64,000 nucleotides of DNA from Euglena gracilis (Eukaryota). The DNA is taken from NCBI GenBank assembly GCA_039621445.1, contig CP154954.1, positions 2,418,001 to 2,482,000 of the forward strand, written 5' to 3'. Shown piece by piece: positions 1 through 13,402 of the stretch; within the stretch, counting starts at the first letter, position 1; the number at the start of each line of letters is the position of its first letter. The position numbers and the translations under genes were made by a program. The notes beneath the pieces are model-generated. The model worked only from the letters and a program-made list of their open reading frames with translations, ran no database searches and was not told the DNA's origin.

Positions 1-2
1 GA

Positions 3-380
3 TCAGCCTCACAATGCAGTTCTCGTTTTTCACAAAATGCGCATTCGCAAAATTCAAAATATCGATCACGATCCACTTGTTCACTGTGCGGATCAACCAA
101 CCACCCCTCACCCAAATGTCGCTATGCGACTCCTCCCCACCCAAGCCAGAGTCATCGCGATATGAGTCGCAGTTCAAAAGATCATACTTCAGCCAAAAGG
201 CATATGGTAGGTCAAAGAACAACCTCTATCGAGGATTATCACCCGGCTTCGGGCAGGGAGGGGGATGATACCCCACGTAACCAAAGGGATCACCCCTACT
301 TTAGTGCTCATAAATTCAGAGACGTATATGCGTCAAGAAAGTCAATGGCTGATATGGCCACTGGTTCGTATTTTGAGTAA
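3..380 (+). CDS. 3' end of an ORF with a CCHC zinc knuckle (gag/nucleocapsid-like); 5' part lies outside the window
   Basis: The frame is open from nt 3 to TAA at 378-380 (same frame as ORF-track 162..380). Nt 78-119 translate to CSLCGSTNHPSPKC, which is C-x2-C-x4-H-x4-C. Confidence 0.6.
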   Translation, partial: SASQCSSRFSQNAHSQNSKYRSRSTCSLCGSTNHPSPKCRYATPPHPSQSHRDMSRSSKDHTSAKRHMVGQRTTSIEDYHPASGREGDDTPRNQRDHPYFSAHKFRDVYASRKSMADMATGSYFE

Positions 381-1134
381 AGACACCCGAATCCCAGGGA
401 TGCGGACTACAGAGGCTACTAGAAAGGAGGTGACAGGAGTCATGACCCTAGTCATCCCCTGCCCAGTATCCTTTCTGGTCATCGTTCCAGGAGTTTCCGG
501 TGTCCCCGCTCAAAGTTCTGCCACATTTTTGACAGATAGATAGTGTTTGTGTTTAACGGTTGTTGATGCACTAGGGGATACCCCACGAGTGTCACTTGTG
601 GTTGAATGGATTTACGCTCAAAGGATGCACACAGCGCCGCAAACTTCTTTCCCCCCCCTCAAACTTCCACTAATCATCACTTTTACATACCGTTTTTGAT
701 GACAGCAACACCGTTTTCTACAACACCAACACCGTTTTCAACCCGGGGTAAAGAGAAAGTGCCCCCCCTATCCACCGCATATCCACAAACGTTCCACATG
801 CGGTAGGGGTAACAAGTAGCTTAACCCCTGATCGTTTCACTGGGTTCCAAGACGAAAGCCCAAAGGCCTGAAATTCGAATGGTGTCGAGTAGTCGCCCAG
901 CTGCTTTCATTTTTCGTTATCCACCAGGTTTGTCGATTGCAGACAATCCTGTGCACCCCCCGCAGCTCAAATTCGCATACAACTTTTCTTACACACTCCA
1001 CCCCCCCAGACCAACATGTGCGACAAGGACAACTACTCAGCACCTCCCCCCAAGGTGTGCACTCTGGGAGAAATTTCCACACAACCAACAACCAAACACA
1101 AAAGGAAATAACTGAAACCAAACTAACCACCACC

Positions 1135-1450
1135 CCGCGCCTATGGCGCCCCCGCCACTCAAGCGCCTATGGTACCCACCACCCCGCACGCTTTTGGCGC
1201 CTCCCTTCGCATATTGCGCAAAGTGCGTATAGCACAGACGCTGCGCCTATGGCGCCAACCTCCCTCGCGCATAGCGCAAATCTTGCACATAATGCCCCCC
1301 CCCCGCGCTATATGGCGCCTCCAACCACCGCACATATGTCGCTCACACCCCCGCGCATATTGCGCTCCCCACGCGCATAACGCTCATCGCGTGCATATTG
1401 TTTTGCACACCGCGCATAGCGCACACCTCCCCACCGCGCGTATTGCGCAA
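1135..1450. repeat. Degenerate minisatellite of quasi-palindromic GCGCCTATGGCGC / GCGCATATTGCGC motifs
   Basis: The motif recurs about ten times with variation (e.g. near 1137, 1163, 1208, 1243, 1304, 1353). Confidence 0.6.
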
Positions 1451-4400
1451 CCCGCAAACAGCCCCCCCCCACCACAACACGCCCCCCCCCCCCCCCCCCC
1501 CCCACCCGTGCATACCGCAAATCTCGCACATTTGCGTACATCTTACAAACGGGTATCTGCCCAACCCAACCATATTCTTTTGGGAATAAGTCCCAAAGAT
1601 TTTTGTGTACATTTCACAATGGCACTTTTGTTGTTGATTTGCAAACCACATGCTCAAAATGCAGTTTTGGTTTACAAAAGCAACAAAAGCAGCCATCCCC
1701 CCTTCTTTGACCACGAACTTGTTAGTCAAATTGGCGAACACCAAAGGTGTTTTGATCATTCAAGCACACAATTGCGCTCACTTCAAAGAAATTTGCAAAA
1801 ACACAAGGTGTGTGATACGTTTTTTGGGATTCATTGCAAATACTGCATTTTTTCTCATGAACTTGCACAGCTTCGTGAAGAACAGCTATTTTGTGAACAA
1901 AATGGCCATTTTCTTATTGCAGAAGTGAATCCTAATAGGGAAATAAGTTGAATTGCTTGAGAAAATCTGCAACATAGTTGCCCCCCCCATTTTTGTGGAC
2001 TTAACCACTTAACCTTAGGTCTATGTGACCAATACACCCTATGATGTGCAAGGCCTATGGGCCATTACCCACGTGGTCCATGGGTCCATAGGACCAATTT
2101 GCACAAATTGCAAGGACCAAAAGGACCAAAGGCCCACAAATCCATATTATAAAGTGAAAAGTCCATAGGACCTCAAAAAATGGCACAAAAAGCCATATTA
2201 TGTAGCTGAAAGTGGCTGAATTGGCCAAAACAAGCCAAATAGGCTAGTTTTATGCAGATTTGCATAAGTGTCACTTTGGCATAGCCTCAAAACCACCACA
2301 AAAGCTTCAAAATTTCTGGCACCTCGTACCATGAGGTTTTGACTGTATGTAGTAGTGCGTATGAGATAGAAACCAAAAGTTGTCTTTGTAGAATAAATTA
2401 TGGGAGCTTATAGCAAAAGCTCACTCACACAGGCAAAAGATCAAAGACGTATCTCAGCGCCTGTAGCTGGCCGATAGGCCATGTTACCCCTCATTCGAAA
2501 GCTCGTTCGATGAGCCGTCCAGCGATGCTATCAGATCGCTGTAACTCTGCACGGTACTCTTATTTGAGGAGATCGTGAAAAATTGAATTAAGCCCAGCCA
2601 ATCCGGCCAAAAGCCAAATTATGGGCCAGATCTTGTACGATCGTGTACCAGACTGGCAAATCAGCCTGAAAGGCTTCTATACTGTTCCCCACATCGTTTC
2701 TGATGGCTAATTACCATTGGTTACCAGATTGGCTAATGGCCATTTTTTAGTACCTTTGGCAGCATTCTGCCCATTGCCCCCTCTGTATGGGCTATTAGGC
2801 CTGGTACAGTTCAGAGGGCTATAGCCCACAATTTGGAGTCATTTCGACTCACTAGAATCATTTTTAGGAGCACTTATGTGCAAATTTTCATCTAAATCAT
2901 TGATTTTCTGCAATTTTTGGTGATTTTTCCCTATTCTGGCACTCATGTCCCTAATGGGAGTGACCATGAGGCAGTATGCCAGAGTGGAATGCAAAGGAAT
3001 ATGCTGATAATGGCAATTTTTCCTTTGCTCAAGATGTCATAGACATGTTTTACTTGTATTTTCAAGCGTATTTTTGCTTTTTGCGATATTTTTGCACAAT
3101 TTTACAGCTTTTGGGGTGATGTGGTGTTATTAGACACCCAAATCCCAAAATCTGTACAACAACAAACATGCAGTGTTATTGGACACTCTCAACAAGCACT
3201 ATGTGCACTTGGCAATTGCAGTCTAAAATGACTCAAAATGCAACAAAGTTGCACTTTTGGTGACAAAAATGCAATTCTCGATGCAGAATCTGCATTTCTG
3301 CCCTAAATCCTGACAGGGATTTCCCTAAAAATCTGACAAAAGTCAGTATTTCTCAGTGGCATAGTCACAAATGATGAGATTTTGTCATATTTGCAGTATT
3401 TTTTTCTGTTTGCCACACTAACGGCATTCTTTCCCCACCCCCCCCCCACTTTATTCAGTGGACCCCCTTACCGATATAATTCAGAGGACCCAATGGTCAT
3501 CATGTGCAACACCAATGGTGTCATTCTGCAAGGTTTATGAGAACCATAGCTCAAAAATGGTGAAATCCAGCTTTTTGTGATGAATTTCACCGCAATGGAA
3601 CAATGTTCCACCATTTTATGTGCATTCACAGTTCATTTGCGGTTTTTCAAAGTGGTATAAGCCACACCAACCACAGTTGTTCTGTGAAATGGCAGCAGCC
3701 TGCCACAATTCCGCATTTTTCCACGGTTGTACACCTCAGTATGATCTTTTTGGCAATATGCCGAATTCTTTTGATTCGGGTATACACCCAGTATTTTTGT
3801 GCCATGCATATTCCGCAAGGCAAGGTTTCTGGGCGATAAAGCCTACCCCCCCATTATTTTTGGCTAAGGCCAACCCTTCAGCCTACAGGCTGCACACCCA
3901 AGGCACAAATGCCACATCTACAGTTTTTAGGGCTACTGCCCGCTATTCTGAGGTATACGCCTCTGGGGATACCCCATCGGCAACATCGTGTCCGTGCCGC
4001 GCTGCGAAGTCTTCCCCAGCGGTATAGGCCGCCATTAAGAAGACGCACAGCGCACAGCGCGCACACCGTAATAATAGTTCCCAACTTGTTACTTTTCGGC
4101 CTTAAGGCCCCAATAAGACTGCCAGACAGCAAAAATTCTTTGTAAGGTCTTTAGACCAGCCCCCCACTCCTCTCCCCTTTCCCCCCCCCGGGCAAAATCG
4201 CTGTCGCCGGCAGTTGGTTTTGTAAATAGGCTTTCTTCCCTGGTCAGGTATGACTGGCCAGGTGCCCCTCCTTCCACACCCTACCTCTACAATCTTTTCC
4301 GATCATGGAATGAGACCACCACAAGTGCCGTAGGCACACCCCAAACCGGGCGGATGGGACTTTCTGGAATGGAAACCTTCCAGCCCCATTTTCCAATGGG

Positions 4401-5391
4401 CTCTTCCACTTCCACCCCTTTACCGCAATAAGTAGGTAGCCGCATAAGCGGGTAACCTCTTTTGCGCGTTTTGGGTTTTTGGGTTCCCCTCTCTTCCTTC
4501 CGTTTCTGGTTTTCTACCTCGTGATGGAGAAGCAGACCCAAGATATGCTTTCCTGGTGTGCACTCCTCAGTCTAAGAGCTATGCTTGAATCCTTGCTGGC
4601 CTGGTCCAGTAAGGAAATCGGGCAAAGCCCTGGGAGGGGGATGTGTACCAGGCAGCATGAACATGGCACTGTGCATAGCAGCAGACTGCAGAATGTACAA
4701 TGTCATGCCAGATAGTACTATTCCATGTTCTGCAATACAAATTGCAGAATTAGGAATAGCCTATCCTATCTCGGATCTGCCTTCTCTTTTCACAGGTGGT
4801 ATTATTGTTTTGCTTTGTGTTTCATCAGCCCAAAAGGGCAAATCAAAGATTTGAAGGTTTGAACTCCGATAGGAGAACACTACTGGAACTGAAGTTCCAA
4901 AATCACACCTGGTTTGCCTTGTGCTCTGCATAAGCCCAAAGGCAATAAAAACTAATAGTTAAGTGAAAGGCTTTCTTTTTGTTACTCTCCTGGTTCTGTT
5001 CCCACGGGAGGGTGTAAGTAGGCCGACAGGCTGTGGGAATAGAGTCAGGGGACGTACACTCCCCCACCGCAAGTCTTTCCGATAGCCCTCGGGAAGCGCA
5101 AGAAAACACCCCGAAAAGGTACCCCCGATCCCCTGTCCCATCCCCACTCCCATCCCCACAATCCCCGTTTCCCGCGCTCCCAGCCCCACCCCAACTCCCA
5201 CTCATCCCCCTCCAATCCGAGTCCCTAGTCGATAGCACTCGAGACTCGTCCCAAGTCCCCCTGCTGTTCCCGAAATCAGCCCATCCCCAGAGCTGGGACC
5301 CGACCCCCTGGCTACCACCCGTGGCCCCACCCTCTCAGCTTTTCCCCGGGACCCCACCCTTCCCCCGGCTGATCCCTTCCCTGCCCCTTCT

Positions 5392-7934
5392 GTGAGCGGG
5401 CCTTCGCAGGCTTGCCGGTGCCCGTGCCCAGCCCCGGGCCACCGAGGAGCCCTGATGAGGGCATGCAGGCCACCACTTATCACCCCGCCCACGAGGCTGA
5501 GCCCCGGCGAGTCCAAGAGCCGAGACAAGATCACCGTCCCCGTGGCAGGCCTGATCCCATCTGTGCATCCGTCCCTGCAGTCTGCTCTGCCACCTGTGCC
5601 GGTGGCAGGGCCCTCGCCGTCGCAGATGGCGTCGTCGTCCAGCCAAGCCATCGCCGCACCCGTGGCAGTGCCGCCTCCCTACCGGTCCCCCAGCGAACAC
5701 CCGAGCACCACCGCCGTGCACGCGCACTTCCGCACCCCACCATCATCGGTCCGTCCGCACAAGGTGCCGCGGCTGGGCCTCTCCGATGACGAAGGAGATG
5801 ATGAGGGTGAAGGAGAAGGTGAAAGTAATCAACAACGCCGGGGAGAAGGTCCTCGTGATGACGACGAGGAGTGGCTGGCGGCCGGGGACCAGAGCGGGAT
5901 GTACGACGTCGAGGAGAAGCCGGACGAGGTCATGCAGGGTCCCCCCCGAGTGGGAGGCTGCATGCGCTGCGGTGCAGACGCGGATGGACCGCCTCTGCAA
6001 CAGCGTCGACTTTATCGGCTCCAAGGCGAAGGAGATGTGGACAGCTGGGCGGCCGTGCAAATGGCCGCCGCCGTGAAGGACAAGGTGGACGAGCAAGGTG
6101 TGGCGGTGCAAGAGCTGAAGAAAAGGATGGCGGCCCAGGAAGGTGCCCACGTGGACCTGATGGAGAACGTGGGGAAGGTAAAGGACGACATCGTCAGACT
6201 ACATCAAGGATTAACACAACTCCGCAAGCTCATGCCCATGGTGGCCACGGCGGAGGAGCGGATGACAAGAGTGGAGAAGTACACCCACGACGCGCTCGGA
6301 GACTTCGGTGAAGAACTCCGAAGGATGCGGGCGAAGGTGAAGGAGGCGGAAGACAACGCCGCGGCCGCGGTGATGGCGGTGAAGAGCGGCGTGCCGACGA
6401 GTGGACTCACCGAGCTGGTGGAGGTGGCTCACCTCAGGGCCGCCGTGCAGGAGCTGCTGCAGGAGAAGGAGCGGTGGCCTGCCGAGAACGTCCAGCTGCA
6501 GGGGAAGCTCAACGCCGTCGAGGTGCAGATGGCCGCCTTCACCGCCAAGGTGGAGGCGACCGCGGTGGCACAAGGCAAGGCGGTGGAGGTGACGGCGCGC
6601 CTGATGGAGCAGCTGCAGTATCAACAGGCCGAGAACGCCTGGCTGAAGGAGCAGGTCAAGTTCCTGCGGGCGCAGGTGTCCACCCTCACAAGCAAGGTGG
6701 AGGCAGCCGCGGCCAAGGAGCCAAAGGCCGCCGAGCTGCCGCCGCTGATCGTGGGGAAGATCCAGAAGGTGGGGACGGAGATCCAGAAGGTGGGAGCCCG
6801 AGCCCAAGGACTGACCGTGGCCGTGCAACGGCTCGCCGCGGACAAACCCGGTGACAAGATCCGGGTTGTGGAGACCGAAGTGCAGAAGGTGAACGTCCAG
6901 ACGCAAGCAGTGGTGACGGCCTTGCAGCGGCTGGACCAGATCGTCTCGAAGGTGATCGTATCCTCCCAAGCCAAGGCGGTGCCGGCAATGCTCGCCAAGG
7001 CTCCGCCACCCCCGGCTGAGCAACAGCCGGTGCTGGTGGCCCAGAAGCAACCAGTGCCAGAGGTGAGGACAGTCCAGATGGAGAAGCCCATGCAGGAGGG
7101 GTCCATGGTGCAGGAGAAGCCGTCGTCCACCCTCCGACCAGCTCTCTGGCTCGTCCGGAAGCAGGCCGCGGCGGGAGGGGGCGATGTGCCGTCCCTCTCG
7201 ATCGCGCCCTGACCACGCCGTCCGCCGTCCCCGTCGCCTGCGCGTCCGCGGTGCGAGAGGTCCGCATCGCCCCGGTGCAGGCCTAGCCAGCGGCCCTGCA
7301 CTTCCTCCCGGCGCCGCTGGTTGACTCCGTCATGGGCCTCCACCCGGGCCGGTTCTCCGGGCATCCGGAGGACTGGCCGCAGTGGCGGAGGCGGTGGCTC
7401 CTGTTCCTTCGAGAACCCAAGCAGGCGTGGCCGTCCATCACGTCAGCTCAGCGCCTCGCCATGTTCCGCGCGGCCTTGGACGAAGCAACGGTGCTGATGC
7501 TGGACGAGGAGATCGAGACCAAGGGAGAGGTGGAGTATGCCGTGCTGTTCGCGGAGGTGGTCCTGGGGAACGGCGGAGAGGACAAGGAAGTCCTGAGGCG
7601 GCGAATGAGTAAGCTGAAGCTGGTGACGAGCGGGAAGCTGACCGAGAAGTCCTGGAGGGAGTATTACGCGCAGATGGCGTCCACGGCGAGGCATGTGGGC
7701 ATGTAGCAGGAGGAGCTGGGGAAGCTCCTCGTGGAGGCCATGCCCCTCCACCCCTGGCGCCGGAAGGTGGCGCAGGAGGAGGACAAGCGGGTGGACCACC
7801 GGTCCATCGTGCTGGAGGGCCTGCCGATGGACACGACGGTGGAGGAGGTGAAGGAATGATCAAGCAAGAGACCACAGTGGCCCCCGCCTCGGTGCGGAAG
7901 GCGGGGCGCCGCTTCGTGGTGGTGCCAGTGGGCG
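5392..7934 (+). pseudogene. Decayed, 3'-truncated gag-like ORF of a probable retrotransposon: Pro/Ser-rich N-terminus, acidic tract, long coiled coil, capsid-like motif, RRM-like segment
   Basis: 606-codon open frame (5392-7212) with strong GC3 bias and heptad-like A/E/K/L/Q/V sequence. It continues after a frameshift and an in-frame TAG into GRFSGHPEDWPQWRRRW (7332 onward; resembles the gag F-x-G-x3-D-W-x2-W motif), then past TAG 7704-7706 into SIVLEGLPMDTTVEEVKE, then a 1-nt frameshift to MIKQETTVAPASVRKAGRRFVVVP. No pol is present. Confidence 0.6.
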
Positions 7935-10900
7935 CGGGGCTCCTGCCTCGCCCCCGTGTTGGCGTACTGTGGACGGCCCTGGCTGTCTGTTGGGGGGCCG
8001 CATTTGTTTGTGGTGTTCGGATCTGTTCTGTGGCCATTTCCGTTTTTTCGCTTTTGGTTTGGTTGCTCAATCCCCCCCGGCTGGTTTTTTTGATTTTTTT
8101 TTTTAAAAATAAATAATTGCGTTTTTTTCTTCCGAAAAGCAGCAAAGAAACTCCAAAAAGCAAAAGGGAAAAATAGCCAGGGGCCCGGCAACGTGATTGC
8201 CGCCGATGGCCGTTTTTCCCCCTGCGTTTTCTTTCACATTTGGAGTCAATTTTTTATGGATCAAACCTCTGGTTGGTGTGTATCGACAGAAAAGATTATG
8301 TATCGGTGTGCTCGGGGGGCTCGACCATAGCTAGTCCAACTTTTGTTTATTTGGATTATCTGCAGTCGAGTGGAATTTCTAGTGGACCCTCTGTGGGGAG
8401 GGGGTCCACTAGCAGGGCTGGCTGGTGGTAATTTTTTTTCCTGGTGACTGACGCAAAGCACCAGAATCAGAGTTTTTTGACCCCCCAAACACCATTTTCA
8501 GCCACTTTCGGGATTTTTCGGGACAAAATCAGCCAAAAACAAATTAAAAAACACCATGGCGCGCAGTGCCAGAGTTTGGGGGGGGGGGGGCTGAACCCCC
8601 CCCAGGGAGGGGGTCTAGATGGTGGCTTTTTCCCAGTGACTTGCTAATAAGGCTAATAGTCTAGCTGGCCAGTAACATTTCTGGCAAACCCCCCTGTGGG
8701 ATATAAGTTGGGGTTTTAAATCAAGGAGTTGTTGGTCAAAACACGACCCACCCAAGAATGACCCCAACACCCCCAAAATGGCAGTTTTTGGCAAAATCTG
8801 TTTAAAGAATAACGGCTTTTCAATGATGGGCAGTCACATGGAAATTGCAAAAAAAATCAGTTTTGGGGATTTGCGGCCGAAAAAAAAAACGTCCAGATGT
8901 CTTTCAATTTTCTTCCAAGTCATAAGTCAGGGTTTGCCAGATCTTAACCCGGAGAGTTTATTTGTGGGAGGCTTGTGGACCTCAAAGTATATCCCCCCCC
9001 CCCCCCCTGGGGAGCTCGGCCGGACCCACCCTTCCCCCCCCCCCCCGGGTCCAAGACAAAAAAAAACCCTGTGCAGGTCACAGGTAGTTTTTTTCCCACT
9101 ACCTGACCCTGCTGGTGGACCACTGGGGGGATTCACCGGTAGGATTTCCACTGGCCAGATTTTGAACTGGCCGTAGTCGAGCGAGCCCCCCCCCCCCCCC
9201 TCAGGGGCACTGTGAACCCTGAAAACAGAAACCTGACCTCGACGGGGAGGTTGGCCCCAGATCCCCCGGGGGCCTTCCGAGGTAAACAGAAACCTGGCCC
9301 TGGCTCGTTCTTTTTTGCCCAGGGGGAAAGCGTTGAAGGGCCAGGTAAGGCTTGTTTGGGCTGGGAAGAACAAGGCCGAGCGTAGATATGTAAAACCCGG
9401 CGTTTTCCGGGGTTCATTTAATCAGTGTGTATTTCCCCCAAGTTTCTTCACGAAACTGTTTTTTTACTCGGACAGTATGTGCTTGGCTTGTCGGGTCTGT
9501 TGGTGTACAGGGGCAACAAAAAAGGGTGATGAAAGGTGGCAGGCTTGACCAATTTTCTCCCTTTGTTGTTGTTGTTGTTGCACCCCCCCCCCCCGAGAGC
9601 AAAAAATCCATCACCGTCCAGGTGCCGTTTGGCGGCTGGACTGGACAGGAAACCAAACTCGTCAATGGACCGAAAGGGAAAAAATGGCTGGAAACAGGCT
9701 TCTGCGTAAGAACCCTGGGTCTTGGGGTCCCCCAGGCCCCCCCCCCCCCGAGGGGCCCCGCAGGGGGTGGGTGGATAGGTGGGGGGACCCCCCTTCCCCC
9801 GGTCTAAAAAAAAACTGTGGACCAGCACAAAGCATGGAACATTTTTTGTCCCCCCAAAACTGTCCAAAAATGCTTGTTTTTGTCCATTTTTTGATACAAT
9901 TTTTTGCAACAAAACCAAAGAAGAGTCAAACAAAACCAACAAAAAAAACCATGGAAACCCTCATTTCCACCTAGGCACGCAACGCCGGAGGAAAAAAATT
10001 TCCAGTCGGGGGGATCCCTGGACCATGGATTCACTGACCACCTGTGTGACACCTGTGCGGGTGGGTGGGGTTTTAAGAGTGGGTGGGTGGGTTGAGGTCC
10101 CAGGACCCTCCCCCCCCAGGAGGTGGGGTTTCGCCTTGGGTCAGGTTTTTGCCTGGCCAAAGGCCGGGCTGGAAAAAATTTTCCCGGTTTGAAGCCGATT
10201 TGGGGGGTTTTTGTGGGGGTGGGTGAGTGGGGGGTGGACGGGGGGGGGGGGGGGACGGTGTGGGTGAGTTGTTTTTTAAAAAAAAGGGGGGGGGGTGGGT
10301 TTGGGCCCCGAAAAAAAGTGCCCCCGGGGGTTATTAAGTGAATCTATGCACCAGACGACCCCGGGGGGTCTAGCCAATGGCTTTTTTCCAGCGTCTGCAA
10401 TATGGCTAGCCAGCGGACTCCCCCCCCCAGGCCCTTCAGCAAAAACCTGGTCCGCGCCGAAAGAATTCTTTGCGAAACGCCCTTAGACAGCTCGATTTGG
10501 GGGGGGTCCTGAACTCGGGCTGGGTGCGTGGGGGAACTCCATCTCAAAAAGACGCCTTGTCAGGGGTTGGCCAGCTTACATTTGTGTCAAAAATCATTAT
10601 TCCCCATAATTGGCAGTTTCTTGGAACTATTGCAGTTTCCATTTTTTCGGCACCCCATCCATATCTGCAACGCATATAAAAAGAGTTTGCCGATACTCAC
10701 TGGGCAGCCTCCAACTAAAGCCGGCCGCACGGTGTGGGGAGGTCCCCCCACCCAAGCCCGAGGAGAGTGAAGACACACGGCAACGGATCCGTTGGATCAG
10801 GAGAAGAGCCGCCATTGGGCGCGCCTAGGGCGAGCGAAAAAAAAAAAAAAAAATTTTTTGCGTTATTGAAGGAATAGGGTTAGGGTTCAGAGTTAGGGTT

Positions 10901-12151
10901 AGGGTTAGGCCTAATTTATGGATTGGGGTTAGGTGCACAAGTTAGGCCTGAAATCAGGCCGCAGTTGCGCACCCAACCCTATTCCTTTAATAACGCAAAA
11001 AAAAATTGCCGCCCCCTGATCCAACTATCGCCCCCCCCGGGGGGGGGCGGATAGTTGAATCAGGGGGCGGCAAAGTTTTTTTGAGCTGGGGTCGTTAAGG
11101 AACAACAACTTGTCAACAGATCAAGACATATTCTTTGCAGCATTTTTTTTTGTGTATTAGTGAGTGGCAGCCTCCAGCTAAAGGGGATTATCCACCCCGG
11201 GGGCCGGCCTTTAGCTGGAGGCTGCCACTCACTCATACACACACACACACACACAATGTGCAAAGAATATGTCTTGATCTGGTTGACAAGTTGTTTCTTA
11301 ACACCCCCAGCTCAACGACTGAAAGACTGGGCTGGCTGGGCTCCCCCTCCGCCTTTCAGCCCTTCTTGAACAGGGGGGGGAGTCACTTGAAAGCTAGCGG
11401 GAGCTTCTTCCGCCTATTTGTTTTTTCTTGCGGCCAACTTGGTTTCCCTGTGCCTTGAAGGGTGGGAAGAGAAGATGTATGAAAGTTTTTTTGGTGCTGG
11501 GGAGAAGATCTTTCGCTCGCAGTTTTTTTGAAACATTTTCGCACAGCAGAAATCCAAAGAAACACACCCAACAAACGGCCAACCCCCACATTTCTTTGCA
11601 AGGTGTTTGAGAAATGCAAAAATTTGTGTTGTTTCTTTATAAAACGATTCGAGCAATGGCCTGCAAACTCATTGCGCCTTTTCAGGCAAGTTGTGTGGAG
11701 GGTCACACACTGCAAGAAGTGGGAAGGTAGAAAGACGCGGAAATGGAAGAATTGTTAATGGAGGGATTTGTCGGGAAGAAACTGTATTCAGTGTATCTTG
11801 GATGCACACTGGGCCGATATCGATACACAAACAAACACACATGCACGCACACGCACACAAAACAAACACACATGCAAAAGCCCTGGATTGCAAAGGTCGT
11901 GATTTTCTGCAAAGCACAAACATCCAAAATTATGCGACTGGGTGGTTTTGGAAGGTTGGGAGTGACGTCCCCCTCCCTCAGTGGTCGGTAATAAATTGCA
12001 CCATCATGGGCCCCCTGCACCATTCCGTCGTTTGCTTTGGGCAAATGGCCCGAGGTCCGGCTGGTGTGCCATTCAGCCCAGGGTCCGGCAACCAGGCAGG
12101 TGGCACAGCAAGAGAGCTAGAAGCACCTGTGAAGGCAACAGACACAGGCAT

Positions 12152-12182
<31 letters not shown>

Positions 12183-12587
12183 GTGAAATGACTGGGTGAC
12201 CGGTGTGACTGGGCGCGAACTGCGTCTGAACTCCCCCACTTTAACCCCTCCTCATAAACCCCCAAACCTTAAACCTTGACTTATTATAACAACACGGGAA
12301 AAAATGAAAGCCGCGGGGGACGATTTTTTCGGCCGCAAACCACCAAAAACTAATTTCTTCGGCAATTTTTTGAGACTGACCATCATCAAACATGCCATTT
12401 TTAACCAAATTTGCGGAAAATTCGCCAATTCGCCAATTGGGGTCGTTTTGGAGGGTCACCAACAATTCTTCGACTCCCCCAAACCCCCCATTTACAAACT
12501 CCCCCTAGGCCGACCAACCAAACCAGACCTTGTAAACCCCAGGGGGTTTACAAGTGGGGGGGTTAGGATTCTGCATGACCATCACAG

Positions 12588-12870
12588 GTGCTCGAGACAT
12601 CCCGCACTGCACGCCGCGTTAAACCCCGGGAAGAGGCACAGCCAACCACCTTCGCACATGTGCGGCCGTTGCGCGGTTTGCATGAAGCGGGCGTCGCCCT
12701 GCCGCCATGATTTCTATGCGGCGACGGCTCACATGGCCGACGACGGCCTCTTCCTCCGGCGCCACCCACAGCTTTTCTGGCGGGGTAACGTGGACACCCG
12801 GCCGGGCGTCCCCGACGGTCAGCAGCCCTCGATTCAGCGCGCGTGTGATTCCAAGTGTGCGACTTCTGAG
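12588..12870 (+). pseudogene. Exon fragment of a probable GT90/CAP10-like glycosyltransferase, frameshifted at ~12703 (copy 29020-29302)
   Basis: Bounded by CACAG| and GAG|GTGAGT. Translates PTTFAHVRPLRGLHEAGVALP / HDFYAATAHMADDGLFLRRHPQLFWRGNVD; LFWRG matches the GT90 motif as I recall it. Confidence 0.55.
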
Positions 12871-13402
12871 GTGAGTGAATTGGTCGAGTCAGTGCCTGCG
12901 GGCCATTGTAAGCGGCGAAGTCGCCGTTGGGCAATTTCGACCTGTCCGAGAGTGCTGACATCGAAGATGTCGGTTCCTCGGCGTCGCCCGGCGCTCACGC
13001 CACAAAATTTCCACCGGGTTTCTTTTAATTCAGAAGACCGCCCCCCCCCCCCGGGTCTTTAAGAAAAACCTCCCCCCCCACCAGGCTTCCCCGTACAGCG
13101 CTGGTGCAGGGGGGTGGTACTGGGTTGATGTGGGCTCTCCCCCCTCCTGGGTGGATTCGGAGCTCGGACTTGATCCTCGGGCAATGTCCGTTTTGGTCGC
13201 TCCCCCTAGGCTGGGTCCAGGCAAGTCCCCTGGGTTCGATCTGGACCAACCCCCCACCTGCCCTCCCCGGAGGGGGGGGCGCAAATTCTCTTGAGATATG
13301 CCCTGTTTTGGACCACAAATTGCAGAAGGGCAAGAAATTTCTCCTATTTTTGATTTATTTTGGTCGAAGATGAGAGCGTTTTTTTCTCATTGGTTAGCAT
13401 TT

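Noticed and set aside
826-862. Possible hammerhead ribozyme (CTGATCG...CGAAA); also checked 2495-2515 and 5452-5475
   Set aside because: None has the full CUGANGA, stem II and GAAA core in workable order.
10720-10852. Short poly(A)-tailed, SINE-like insertion in copy A
   Set aside because: The copy B sequence is contained in it as an interrupted subsequence, it lies next to a strong hairpin, and it has no TSD. Probably consensus noise.
10876-10909. Chromosome end
   Set aside because: Only about five TTAGGG-like units, internal and enclosed by inverted arms.
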